Virus record (IMG/VR): IMGVR_UViG_3300006810_000012
Location: 1 to 36,960 of that record
Reading direction: 5' to 3' (one strand)
Source of the DNA: a virus
Lineage: Duplodnaviria; Caudoviricetes
Length of the DNA stretch: 36,960 bases
The position numbers and the translations under genes were made by a program. This document shows positions 1 to 7,089 of this stretch, piece after piece (within the stretch, counting starts at the first letter, position 1; each line of letters begins with the position of its first letter). The notes under the pieces are model-generated. The model did no database searches. It had not been told where the DNA came from and was given only the letters and a program-made list of their open reading frames with translations.

Positions 1-123
1 CCGCCTCAAGGAGATTTGTTCTGAATGAGTATTGATAAAATAATCACGCTACCGTGGCCTAGCCCAAAGCTGACACCACATGCCAAGGGACATTGGAGGC
101 CAAAGGCAGAGGCTACGAAAGAA
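1..123. repeat. Terminal direct repeat, left copy (circularity or assembly overlap)
   Basis: 1-123 (ccgcctcaagg...ctacgaaagaa) is identical to 36838-36960; ORF 36589-36861 runs through the junction into the gene starting at 25. Confidence 0.97.
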
Positions 124-387
124 GCGCGGGCGCTATCAAAGGCAATGGCGCTAGAAAAACCGCGTGTTACATGCAACCCAGATGCAACGATATTCGTGGA
201 ATATTGGCCCAAAGCATACCGTGGCGACGTTCACAACATGCACGGCAGAATGAAAGCATACATAGATGGCATTCAGGACGCTATGGGTTGCGACGATAGA
301 AACTTCAAAGTGGACTTCCCTAGCGTTTGGGCGGGCCGCGATAAAACAGGAAAAGTTATTTTCCGCATAATGAAAGAGATAAAATAA
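25..387 (+). CDS. rusA: RusA-like Holliday junction resolvase
   Basis: N-terminal ITLPWP motif and RGDVHN..K..IDG..DAMGCDD resemble the RusA D-x-D-N..K..D catalytic region; AGGAG RBS. Confidence 0.7.
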   Translation: MSIDKIITLPWPSPKLTPHAKGHWRPKAEATKEARALSKAMALEKPRVTCNPDATIFVEYWPKAYRGDVHNMHGRMKAYIDGIQDAMGCDDRNFKVDFPSVWAGRDKTGKVIFRIMKEIK

Positions 388-878
388 TGGCTGGATCGGT
401 AAACAAAGTTATCATCATTGGAAATCTGGGTGCAGACCCTGAAATCCGCAATTTCCAGAACGGCGGCAAGGTTTGCAATCTACGCATTGCCACTTCCGAA
501 ACATGGAAGGACAAGAACAGCGGCGAAAAGCGCGAAAAGACAGAGTGGCATACTGTTGCAATTTTTCAGGAAGGGCTTGTGCGCATTGCAGAGCAGCATT
601 TGAAGAAGGGCAGCAAGGTCTACATCGAAGGCAAGCTACAGACCCGCAAGTGGCAAGACCAGTCAGGCGCGGACAAGTACAGCACCGAGATTGTGTTGCA
701 AGGCTTTGACGGCACGCTGACGATGCTGGACGGGGCGTCAGGCGACAGAGGCTCAAGCAGCGACCCTAACGCACCAGACGCACACGGCGGCTATGGTGGT
801 CCGGCACGGCAAGCACCTGCATCACAGGGTAGCGCGATGGATGATGAAATCCCCTTTGCTCCTGTCACGCTGATCTGA
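387..878 (+). CDS. ssb: Single-stranded DNA-binding protein
   Basis: [19 protein letters not shown]...[16 protein letters not shown], Gly-rich linker, acidic DDEIPF tail; alphaproteobacterial type. Confidence 0.97.
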   Translation: MAGSVNKVIIIGNLGADPEIRNFQNGGKVCNLRIATSETWKDKNSGEKREKTEWHTVAIFQEGLVRIAEQHLKKGSKVYIEGKLQTRKWQDQSGADKYSTEIVLQGFDGTLTMLDGASGDRGSSSDPNAPDAHGGYGGPARQAPASQGSAMDDEIPFAPVTLI

Positions 879-1600
879 TGGCAATTATACGCGAAGAACG
901 TATAGGCGGGCAGCGGCTAATCTTGGGCGATTGCCTTGAGGTGATGCCGCTGCTTGGCAAGGTTGACGCTGTTGTGACTGACCCACCTTATGGGGTTAAT
1001 GGTGGCAGCGGGACAATCGGCAAGGCAAGCGATAAAACAAAGTATTCAGATGCCTTTCCTGACACCTTGGAATATTTGCGCGATGTTTCTGTTGCAGCAG
1101 TGTCTATGGCGCTGTCTATGTCTGGACGTGGGGCAATAACGCCGGGCAATCAACACGCTTTTGAGTATCCTAAACCTGACGACATGGGCATAATGTACCA
1201 ACCGGCAGCAACAGGTTTGAGCCAATGGGGCCGCTGCACTTCACAGCCCATCTTGTTCTATGGGCGCGACCCAAGAGTAGGTTTAACTATACAACCCAAG
1301 CACATCATTACAACGCGCCCATCTGAAAAGAACGGCCACCCTTGCCCAAAGCCGCTCTATGTCATGGAATGGATAGTAAACCGCGCGTCATTGCCCAATG
1401 AAACAATCATGGACCCATTCATGGGCAGCGGCACAACGCTTGTGGCCTGCCAGAAACTAGGCCGTCAGGGCATAGGCATAGAACTAGACAAGGATTACTT
1501 CGACATAGCTTGCAAGCGCGTAGATGAGGCCACACGACAGCCTGACCTATTCGTGGAACCTATAGCGCAACCAACGCAGGACGGGTTTGATCTAGGTTAA
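878..1600 (+). CDS. DNA methyltransferase (N6A/N4C, beta class)
   Basis: Catalytic TDPPY precedes HPCPKP and SAM-binding DPFMGSGTT. Confidence 0.93.
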   Translation: MAIIREERIGGQRLILGDCLEVMPLLGKVDAVVTDPPYGVNGGSGTIGKASDKTKYSDAFPDTLEYLRDVSVAAVSMALSMSGRGAITPGNQHAFEYPKPDDMGIMYQPAATGLSQWGRCTSQPILFYGRDPRVGLTIQPKHIITTRPSEKNGHPCPKPLYVMEWIVNRASLPNETIMDPFMGSGTTLVACQKLGRQGIGIELDKDYFDIACKRVDEATRQPDLFVEPIAQPTQDGFDLG

Positions 1601-1620
1601 CTGAACGCTTGTTCAATTAA
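1597..1620. promoter_or_regulatory. Operator-like imperfect palindrome
   Basis: TTAACTGAAC-GCTT-GTTCAATTAA (one mismatch) just upstream of the predicted -35 at 1627. Confidence 0.4.
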
Positions 1621-1626
1621 AAACCG

Positions 1627-1655
1627 TTGTAGAAAATCCATCCATGCTGTAGAAG
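1627..1655 (+). promoter_or_regulatory. Putative sigma70 promoter for the structured RNA
   Basis: TTGTAG-N17-TAGAAG; the start site would fall at ~1661, at the first hairpin. Confidence 0.5.
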
Positions 1656-1734
1656 AAAAAGCGGCGGCGCGAGAAGTTAATCTCTAGCGCCGCCTTGGAT
1701 GACACGAACTTTGGACGGTTCCGTGTGTCATCGA
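1652..1734 (-). ncRNA. Putative ~80-nt antisense (counter-transcribed) RNA
   Basis: Downstream of the minus-strand promoter; two hairpins, the last GC-rich and followed by GCTTTTTCTT (intrinsic terminator-like). Confidence 0.5.
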
Positions 1735-2060
1735 CAGCAAATGTATCGCAAATGCGAATGAGTTGCAACTAGAACCTTCCTGACTTTTGGCACTTTCAAA
1801 GCAAGGTGATGTGGTTTTTGTCTTATGAACCCCAATCAATAGACTAAGAACCGGGGATATCACCCGACCCTGTGCAGATCGGTCCTAACTGGACTGCACG
1901 CGAAGTGCGATAACAAACCCACCGTCTAAGAACGGGGACCGCGTAAGCGGGGTTGGAGAAAACCCAACGGGCAGCGGCTGGCCACCGAGAAAAGGCATCG
2001 CATGGATACGGTTCTGGAGGCGTTAGGTGCTGCCTTGTATATCGGGGGCAGTAACGGGTG
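1661..2060 (+). ncRNA. Putative large structured non-coding RNA or origin element
   Basis: No ORF >=60 aa; at least 8 stems, GNRA-capped CCGC-GTAA-GCGG (1939-1950), long-range helix 1769-1776/2010-2017, G-U pairs favour the + strand. Confidence 0.6.
1740..1768 (-). promoter_or_regulatory. Putative antisense sigma70 promoter
   Basis: TTGCAA(1768-1763)-N17-TACATT(1745-1740). Confidence 0.6.
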
Positions 2061-2104
2061 TGGGCCTGTGTCTAAAGCTAAGAGACTGTAACAAAAGAAG
2101 TGAC

Positions 2105-2132
2105 TTGAACAACAAAAAAAAGCGGTTAAGCT
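2105..2132 (+). promoter_or_regulatory. Putative promoter of the second methyltransferase
   Basis: TTGAAC-N16-TAAGCT, followed by the GGAAGGAAACGAAATG leader. Confidence 0.35.
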
Positions 2133-2162
2133 ATCAACTGTAATTTAACGGAAGGAAACGAA

Positions 2163-3041
2163 ATGAATGACTTAGAAACAAACTTGTTTGGCGAGGTTAT
2201 CCATGCCGACCCAATTTTGCGGGACCGCTTTATTGAGCCGCCATTTTCAGTCTTAGACACAAAAACTGGTAGTTGGCAAAAACGCAAACAGACTTGGGTT
2301 AGCAAGGGCATTGCTAGTGAGGTCGGAAGGACGGCCACAACGTTCAATTCAGCATCAAAAGAAAATACCTTTGCCGGAAAACCAGTAACAATGAACAACA
2401 CGTCTATTTTTGATCCGGCTTTGTGTGAGGTTTTGTATCATTGGTTTTGCCCAGAAGGCGGGAGAATACTTGACCCGTTTGCGGGTGGCAGTGTGCGTGG
2501 CATTGTTGCTAACTATCTTGGTTACAAATACACAGGCATTGATATTAGGCAGGAACAGATTGACAGCAACCGCGAACAAGCGGCGGATATTCTTGCCGTG
2601 AACAATCAGCCAAACTGGTATGTTGGAGACAGCAACAAGATGCTTGACGAAATGTCAGGTGAATTTGACTTTGTTTTCAGTTGCCCTCCATATGCCGACC
2701 TTGAGGTTTATAGCGACCTTGACGGAGATATAAGCAACATGAATTATGACAAGTTCATGGCGGCATATTCCGAAATAATTGCAAAATCTTGTGGGCTTTT
2801 AAAGGCTGGCGGGTATGCTTGCTTTGTTGTTGGCGAGGTGCGCGACAAAAAAGGAAACTATATTGGATTTATTCCTGACACGATTAAGGCGTTTATGGGT
2901 TGCGGCATGGGATTTTACAACGAAGCGATATTGTTAAATCAGATAGGCACGGCCATGATGCGGGCGGGTGGAAACATGAAAACCGAAAAACTGGTAAAGG
3001 TTCACCAAAATGTTTTGGTTTTCAGGAATGGCTCGAAGTGA
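2163..3041 (+). CDS. DNA methyltransferase (N4C/N6A)
   Basis: SIFDP.LCE, SAM-binding ILDPFAGGSVRG followed by catalytic FSCPPY; more AT-rich than its neighbours. Confidence 0.88.
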   Translation: MNDLETNLFGEVIHADPILRDRFIEPPFSVLDTKTGSWQKRKQTWVSKGIASEVGRTATTFNSASKENTFAGKPVTMNNTSIFDPALCEVLYHWFCPEGGRILDPFAGGSVRGIVANYLGYKYTGIDIRQEQIDSNREQAADILAVNNQPNWYVGDSNKMLDEMSGEFDFVFSCPPYADLEVYSDLDGDISNMNYDKFMAAYSEIIAKSCGLLKAGGYACFVVGEVRDKKGNYIGFIPDTIKAFMGCGMGFYNEAILLNQIGTAMMRAGGNMKTEKLVKVHQNVLVFRNGSK

Positions 3042-3385
3042 TGCTTGAAACACCAGCGGACATTCTAAGCCACTATGCTGACGCCGACGCGGTAGACAGC
3101 TTCATAAAGTGGCGCAAGGCTATCAAAAAGCCATTAACAGAGCGGGCAGCGGTTCTAATCGCAGCCACGCTAAGAAACATCAACGCAGACAACGGGGACG
3201 CCACAGAGGCGCTAGACCTTGCACAAGAGCATGGCTGGCAGACCATCAAGGCAGACTGGTATTGGAGGATTAAAAATGGCAACGGAAATAATCAAGGCGG
3301 CAGGGCTTCCGACAGTCACGCCACAACACGCGCAATCTCTTTCGCCGCAAAAGCTGCAAGAACACCGAGCGGCGATTGCTTTTGA
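3041..3385 (+). CDS. Stand-alone C-terminal domain of a lambda-O/replisome-organiser-like initiator
   Basis: F..WRK..KKPLT..A....L......EA......GWQ pattern typical of phage initiator C-termini; ATG coupled to the MTase stop; only 114 aa. Confidence 0.6.
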   Translation: MLETPADILSHYADADAVDSFIKWRKAIKKPLTERAAVLIAATLRNINADNGDATEALDLAQEHGWQTIKADWYWRIKNGNGNNQGGRASDSHATTRAISFAAKAARTPSGDCF

Positions 3386-3713
3386 CGTTGAGGTAATTCT
3401 TGACGGGTATTGGGACAGCAGACCACCTGACCACATCAAAGCGGGTATCTTGGCGGACTGGTCCGATGCGCTGCAAGACTGGACGGGCGAGCAGGTTCTA
3501 TGGGCGCTGCGCAAGTGGCGGAACGACAACCCAAGCAAGAAGCCAAACCCCGGCCATATCTTAGCAATCTGCAAAGCCAAGCGTGGCGCACGGGTAGCGG
3601 CTGAAATGCGGCAAGAGGAAACAGCGCCAGAGCCGAAGACCAAGGTGACGAAAGAGCAGGCCGAAGCGATTTTGGCTGATGCTGGATTTTCAGTGAAAAG
3701 GATGAACCAGTGA
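3276..3713 (+). CDS. Putative helicase loader (lambda P/G39P-like)
   Basis: W.DAL.DW...QV..AL..WR......P.PG.I pattern; GGAGG RBS; follows the O-like gene. Confidence 0.5.
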   Translation: MATEIIKAAGLPTVTPQHAQSLSPQKLQEHRAAIAFDVEVILDGYWDSRPPDHIKAGILADWSDALQDWTGEQVLWALRKWRNDNPSKKPNPGHILAICKAKRGARVAAEMRQEETAPEPKTKVTKEQAEAILADAGFSVKRMNQ

Positions 3714-3755
3714 GCGCAGAAAACGCACTGATGCAACACAACGAGAGGAAAGAAA

Positions 3756-4046
3756 ATGAGTGACGCACCAAAGATCATATACGCTGCACCGCCGCACGAC
3801 GATCCGCAGTGGAAGCACGGCGCGGGTGAATGGGACGTGTCTGAAGATTGGGTGGTAGAGAATAAGATGCTGTACCACCACGACGACACAGTGCAAGAAC
3901 TGCAAGCCCGCATTGCTGAACTGACCGAGGCTTTGCAAATTATGGCAGGGGCGCGGAAAACACACGAAGCATTGGGCGGTAACTATAAGTTTATAATTGA
4001 CAGATGGATAGACGCAGCTTGTTCTGCATTGGGGGCCAAGCCATGA
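3756..4046 (+). CDS. Hypothetical protein (short coiled coil)
   Basis: GAGG RBS, 96-aa ORF coupled to the next gene. Confidence 0.7.
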   Translation: MSDAPKIIYAAPPHDDPQWKHGAGEWDVSEDWVVENKMLYHHDDTVQELQARIAELTEALQIMAGARKTHEALGGNYKFIIDRWIDAACSALGAKP

Positions 4047-4360
4047 GTGATGAAATTATAAACGCATCTGCGCGGGTTCACGGCATTAGCGTGTCTGACC
4101 TTCTAAGCGAAAGCAGAGAGCGCAAGTTCATGCCAGCGCGTCAGGCTGTAGCTGTCCTACTGGACGCTAGGGGGTTGGACGCAACGCAGATTGCGCGGAT
4201 ATTAAACCGGGCGCACAATTCGTCTGCCCGGTCGCTACTAGACGCATACTTTGCAACGGCCACCCCAGAACGCGAGGCACAAATCGATGCCGTGCGTATC
4301 GTGGCTATGGTTTCGGACCTGTCCCGCGTTGTGAAAAAAACAAACGAGACTGTCAATTAG
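4043..4360 (+). CDS. DnaA C-terminal (domain IV)-like HTH protein
   Basis: II...ARVHGISVSDLLSESRERKFMPARQ.......G...TQIARILNRAH matches the Bac_DnaA_C pattern. Confidence 0.7.
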   Translation: MSDEIINASARVHGISVSDLLSESRERKFMPARQAVAVLLDARGLDATQIARILNRAHNSSARSLLDAYFATATPEREAQIDAVRIVAMVSDLSRVVKKTNETVN

Positions 4361-4363
4361 GGC

Positions 4364-4391
4364 TTGCGTGGGTGTCAACAAGGTGTATGAT
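4364..4391 (+). promoter_or_regulatory. Putative early promoter with GTGTCAACA in the spacer
   Basis: TTGCGT-N16-TATGAT; shares -35 and spacer motif with the promoter at 33073-33101. Confidence 0.55.
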
Positions 4392-4425
4392 ACCTATAGA
4401 AACACACCACACGGAGGGAAACGAC

Positions 4426-4623
4426 ATGGGTATCTTTAAGCACTTTGGGACATTGAGCCAAGCAAAGGCTTATATGCGTGAAGCTGATCCGCACGGCGAC
4501 AGTTTGACCTATCAACGCAAGTCCGGCAAGCACACCAAGCCCTATGCTGTAGCTACGCGGTTGGAGCACTTGCACTTTACACCTGACGCTTGGGTTAAAA
4601 AAACACGGAAGGAAACGACATGA
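4426..4623 (+). CDS. Hypothetical protein
   Basis: ATG after the GGAGGGAAACGAC leader; 65 aa. Confidence 0.7.
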   Translation: MGIFKHFGTLSQAKAYMREADPHGDSLTYQRKSGKHTKPYAVATRLEHLHFTPDAWVKKTRKETT

Positions 4624-4907
4624 CCTTAGAAAACCTATCTCAAATCACAACACCCTATGGTTTGCTGGAGGAAGACACCAAAAACGCCCTGCAAGCTGCA
4701 TGGGAAGCTGGGTGCGGACTTGAGGCATTTGCCGGATTAGATTGGCTTCATGTAGAATTCCCAAATTGGCATGGCCGCACAGTTTACCGAGTTAAGGCCG
4801 AGCCTGTACGCCGGACGCTATATCGGGACTTTGGCATTTCTGGCCGTCACGTTATCACCTGTGACCCAACAGGCGAAAACCCGACAGTGGAATGGGAGCC
4901 AAGCTAA
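4620..4907 (+). CDS. Hypothetical protein
   Basis: GGAAGGAAACGAC leader; ATGA overlap; P.W....VYRVK motif seen in phage accessory proteins. Confidence 0.75.
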   Translation: MTLENLSQITTPYGLLEEDTKNALQAAWEAGCGLEAFAGLDWLHVEFPNWHGRTVYRVKAEPVRRTLYRDFGISGRHVITCDPTGENPTVEWEPS

Positions 4908-4975
4908 TGACACGGACACTCGCAACCTTGGCCGTTGTGGTCGTAATCGCTCTAATGATGGGAACAATGAGATAA
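4907..4975 (+). CDS. 22-aa hydrophobic peptide (MTRTLATLAVVVVIALMMGTMR)
   Basis: Read manually; TAATG stop/start overlaps at both ends. Confidence 0.5.
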   Translation: MTRTLATLAVVVVIALMMGTMR

Positions 4976-5424
4976 TGAAGCTAACAATTATAACAATCGC
5001 GGCACTGCCATTTATCGCAGCATGTGCGCAGCCTATCACGCTTGTCTGTGACAGGAAGGCTATCCCTTACGACAAATGGGGCGAGGTCGCGGAACTGCCA
5101 GAACTATGCCAGCCGCCAGTTACGTCACCACGCCCCATAGCGCGGCATGTAGTGCATGACAGCGATGATAACGACCCACAGCCGCCTGTAGCCGAGCCGC
5201 CAAAGGAACCGCCGCATGAAGAACCTGATGCCCCTGACGTTCCTGATACTCCTAACGAGCCTGATAACCCTAGCAATCCTGACAAGCCGGATCGTGTGAA
5301 GGGCAACAACGGATGGGGTAATGGCGACCAATCAGCGCCGGGTAACTCTGGGCCAAACAACAACGCCGAGAATGACCGAGGCGGGCGCAGCCAGCGCAAC
5401 CACGGTAACGCAAACAGCAACTAA
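4975..5424 (+). CDS. Putative lipoprotein with Pro/Asp-rich linker and Asn/Gly-rich tail
   Basis: MKLTIITIAALPFIAA-C lipobox; PDxP repeats; GNNGWGNGDQSAPGNS motif. Confidence 0.7.
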   Translation: MKLTIITIAALPFIAACAQPITLVCDRKAIPYDKWGEVAELPELCQPPVTSPRPIARHVVHDSDDNDPQPPVAEPPKEPPHEEPDAPDVPDTPNEPDNPSNPDKPDRVKGNNGWGNGDQSAPGNSGPNNNAENDRGGRSQRNHGNANSN

Positions 5425-5433
5425 GGAGGGCGA

Positions 5434-5694
5434 GTGATGGAAGTTCGCAGCCTTGATTTTAAGAAACGTGACTTTGCATCCACTGAGGTTGGCGGCATTC
5501 TGGCCCCCGGCGAGTGGTTTGTCGCGTCATCTATTATCGGCGAATTTGAGATACATCGCTTCAAGGATCGCGGTGGGTACTTCTTATTCTGGCGGGACAA
5601 CAGGCGAGGTGAGGAACTTTCTACATTCATCTCTGCAAAGGCGCGCGCCGATTGGGAATATGAGCAGATTGTATTGGGCGAGATAAAGGAATAG
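5434..5694 (+). CDS. Hypothetical protein
   Basis: TAAGGAGG RBS; 86 aa. Confidence 0.7.
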   Translation: MMEVRSLDFKKRDFASTEVGGILAPGEWFVASSIIGEFEIHRFKDRGGYFLFWRDNRRGEELSTFISAKARADWEYEQIVLGEIKE

Positions 5695-5698
5695 TAAG

Positions 5699-6106
5699 AT
5701 GATGCTAGAAGACTTGGAAGACGAAAAGGCCGCAAAGGTGCGGGACCGCGCCAAAGTGACCATACCGGGCAGTGAGGATGCCTATGCCTCAATGCTGACG
5801 CAATTCAATGATGGGAAGCACGAGGGCAAGGCCCCGCGCTCTATGCCTATCTCAAATGACATTGGACACCGCGCTTATACTCTGCGCAAATGGATAGCAA
5901 AGAACCCCGGCTGCAAATCGCTGGCAATCAAGCAAGGCGCAGGGCTAGGGGCGCATGACTTCAAAAACTTCATTTCATGGCTATACACACGCGACCTTGT
6001 GTTTAAGTCCGGTGGAAAGTCATCTAGCCTGATGCAATACTTTGCCACAGAGGCCGAATTGCTGGAATACGAAGCCTTCAAGGCGTTAAAGGTGAAAACA
6101 AAATGA
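5699..6106 (+). CDS. Hypothetical protein, possible winged-helix C-terminus
   Basis: AAGGA RBS; WIAKNPGCKS..I.....LG....K.....L....LV pattern. Confidence 0.6.
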   Translation: MMLEDLEDEKAAKVRDRAKVTIPGSEDAYASMLTQFNDGKHEGKAPRSMPISNDIGHRAYTLRKWIAKNPGCKSLAIKQGAGLGAHDFKNFISWLYTRDLVFKSGGKSSSLMQYFATEAELLEYEAFKALKVKTK

Positions 6107-6246
6107 CCAAGAAACCAGACGGCGGGCATGCTTATCTGCGTGGCTACGGTTACGGCAGCAAGGGCATTCGCGCAGCAGGCGGTAACGACTTCCACAGCAC
6201 AGCTAGAGTAACGCTTGTGCCTATGCCTTGGGATGTGACAGCATGA
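6103..6246 (+). CDS. Hypothetical 47-aa protein
   Basis: Read manually (MTKKPDGGHAYLRG...PWDVTA); ATGA overlaps at both ends. Confidence 0.55.
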   Translation: MTKKPDGGHAYLRGYGYGSKGIRAAGGNDFHSTARVTLVPMPWDVTA

Positions 6247-6410
6247 TAGCGCATGGCGAAAAACCGACTTGGCATTACATCCTTCCTATTTTTGGCGTTT
6301 CTGCTTTGTGGTGGGATGCTTCGTTAATTCGCGACTTGTGGCTTATTCTGGGCGGTGTCTGGATTGGCATATTGGCCGCATGGCACTATGGATGGCGAAA
6401 GGTAGACTAA
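6243..6410 (+). CDS. Small membrane protein
   Basis: Two hydrophobic, Trp-rich segments. Confidence 0.6.
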   Translation: MIAHGEKPTWHYILPIFGVSALWWDASLIRDLWLILGGVWIGILAAWHYGWRKVD

Positions 6411-6422
6411 CACCACAGCCCA

Positions 6423-6554
6423 GCGGGTTCTTGGCGTCGTAAAGACCCGCAGCAGGGGCTACCGTGGACGGGATAGACCTTATCTGATCCACCTTCCGTG
6501 CTTAGGCATTGGTAGTGACCCTGCAAACCTATACAAAGCACCGCCAAGAGTGCT
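6423..6554 (+). ncRNA. Putative structured RNA element (three stems plus possible pseudoknot)
   Basis: Stems at 6423-6450, 6452-6524 and 6537-6554; loop CGCCAAGA is complementary to TCTTGGCG (6429-6436). Confidence 0.45.
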
Positions 6555-6584
6555 AGTATGGGGCAGTGCAACAGGAGGTCTGCA

Positions 6585-6794
6585 ATGGATGAGTATTGGG
6601 AACCATCAGACGCAGACTGGTACGTGGCTGGCTTTGCAAACGCTATGGCCGAAGACCTATCTATGCGGGACGTGTGGGAAGCTATACAGCACCACAAGGA
6701 CGGCAGAGGCTTCGACGAGGCTATCAACCTGCTAATCCAAACAATGCCGGATAAGTGTAACTGTTGCCCTGCGTTTGCTTTTGTTATAAAGTAA
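6585..6794 (+). CDS. Hypothetical protein
   Basis: AGGAGG RBS; 69 aa. Confidence 0.65.
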   Translation: MDEYWEPSDADWYVAGFANAMAEDLSMRDVWEAIQHHKDGRGFDEAINLLIQTMPDKCNCCPAFAFVIK

Positions 6795-6837
6795 CACCCG
6801 AAACAGCTAAGACCCCATAAGGGCAGGAGGCTATAAG

Positions 6838-7089
6838 ATGGCGGCTAAACGCGGAAGAACACCCGGCTTTGTGATGAGTGACGCGCACAGGGTTAAAATA
6901 CAAAACAGTAATATTCTAAGCAGCTTAATTAAGCACGTTGACGGTAAGCAAGACATGACCTCAACTCAAGTTACTGCGGGTATTGCTCTTTTAAAGAAGG
7001 TGTTGCCAGATATGGCTAACGTCACAATCAACGGCAGCGGCGAAAACGGCGAAGTCGAGATTGTGTTTAAGACGGTCATTGAGAAATAG
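6838..7089 (+). CDS. terS: Terminase small subunit
   Basis: R.KIQ.S.I...L..H..G...M.STQV.A...LLKKVLPD motif, directly upstream of TerL. Confidence 0.75.
   Translation: MAAKRGRTPGFVMSDAHRVKIQNSNILSSLIKHVDGKQDMTSTQVTAGIALLKKVLPDMANVTINGSGENGEVEIVFKTVIEK

Noticed and set aside
1602-1615. GAAC-N4-GTTC as a LexA box
   Set aside because: That is the Gram-positive consensus; alphaproteobacterial LexA binds GTTC-N7-GTTC direct repeats
1995-2025. TACGGTTCTGGAGG resembles the 3' side of group II intron domain V
   Set aside because: No matching GAGCCG 5' arm at the right distance, no interrupted gene and no RT; the segment pairs better with 1769-1776
2900-3040. N-terminal extension of the O-like ORF from a TTG start
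   Set aside because: It overlaps the MTase out of frame and shows no HTH pattern; the ATG at 3041 is coupled to the MTase stop
4771-4974. 217-aa version of the lipoprotein ORF
   Set aside because: The signal peptide and lipobox begin at ATG 4975; the upstream part overlaps other genes
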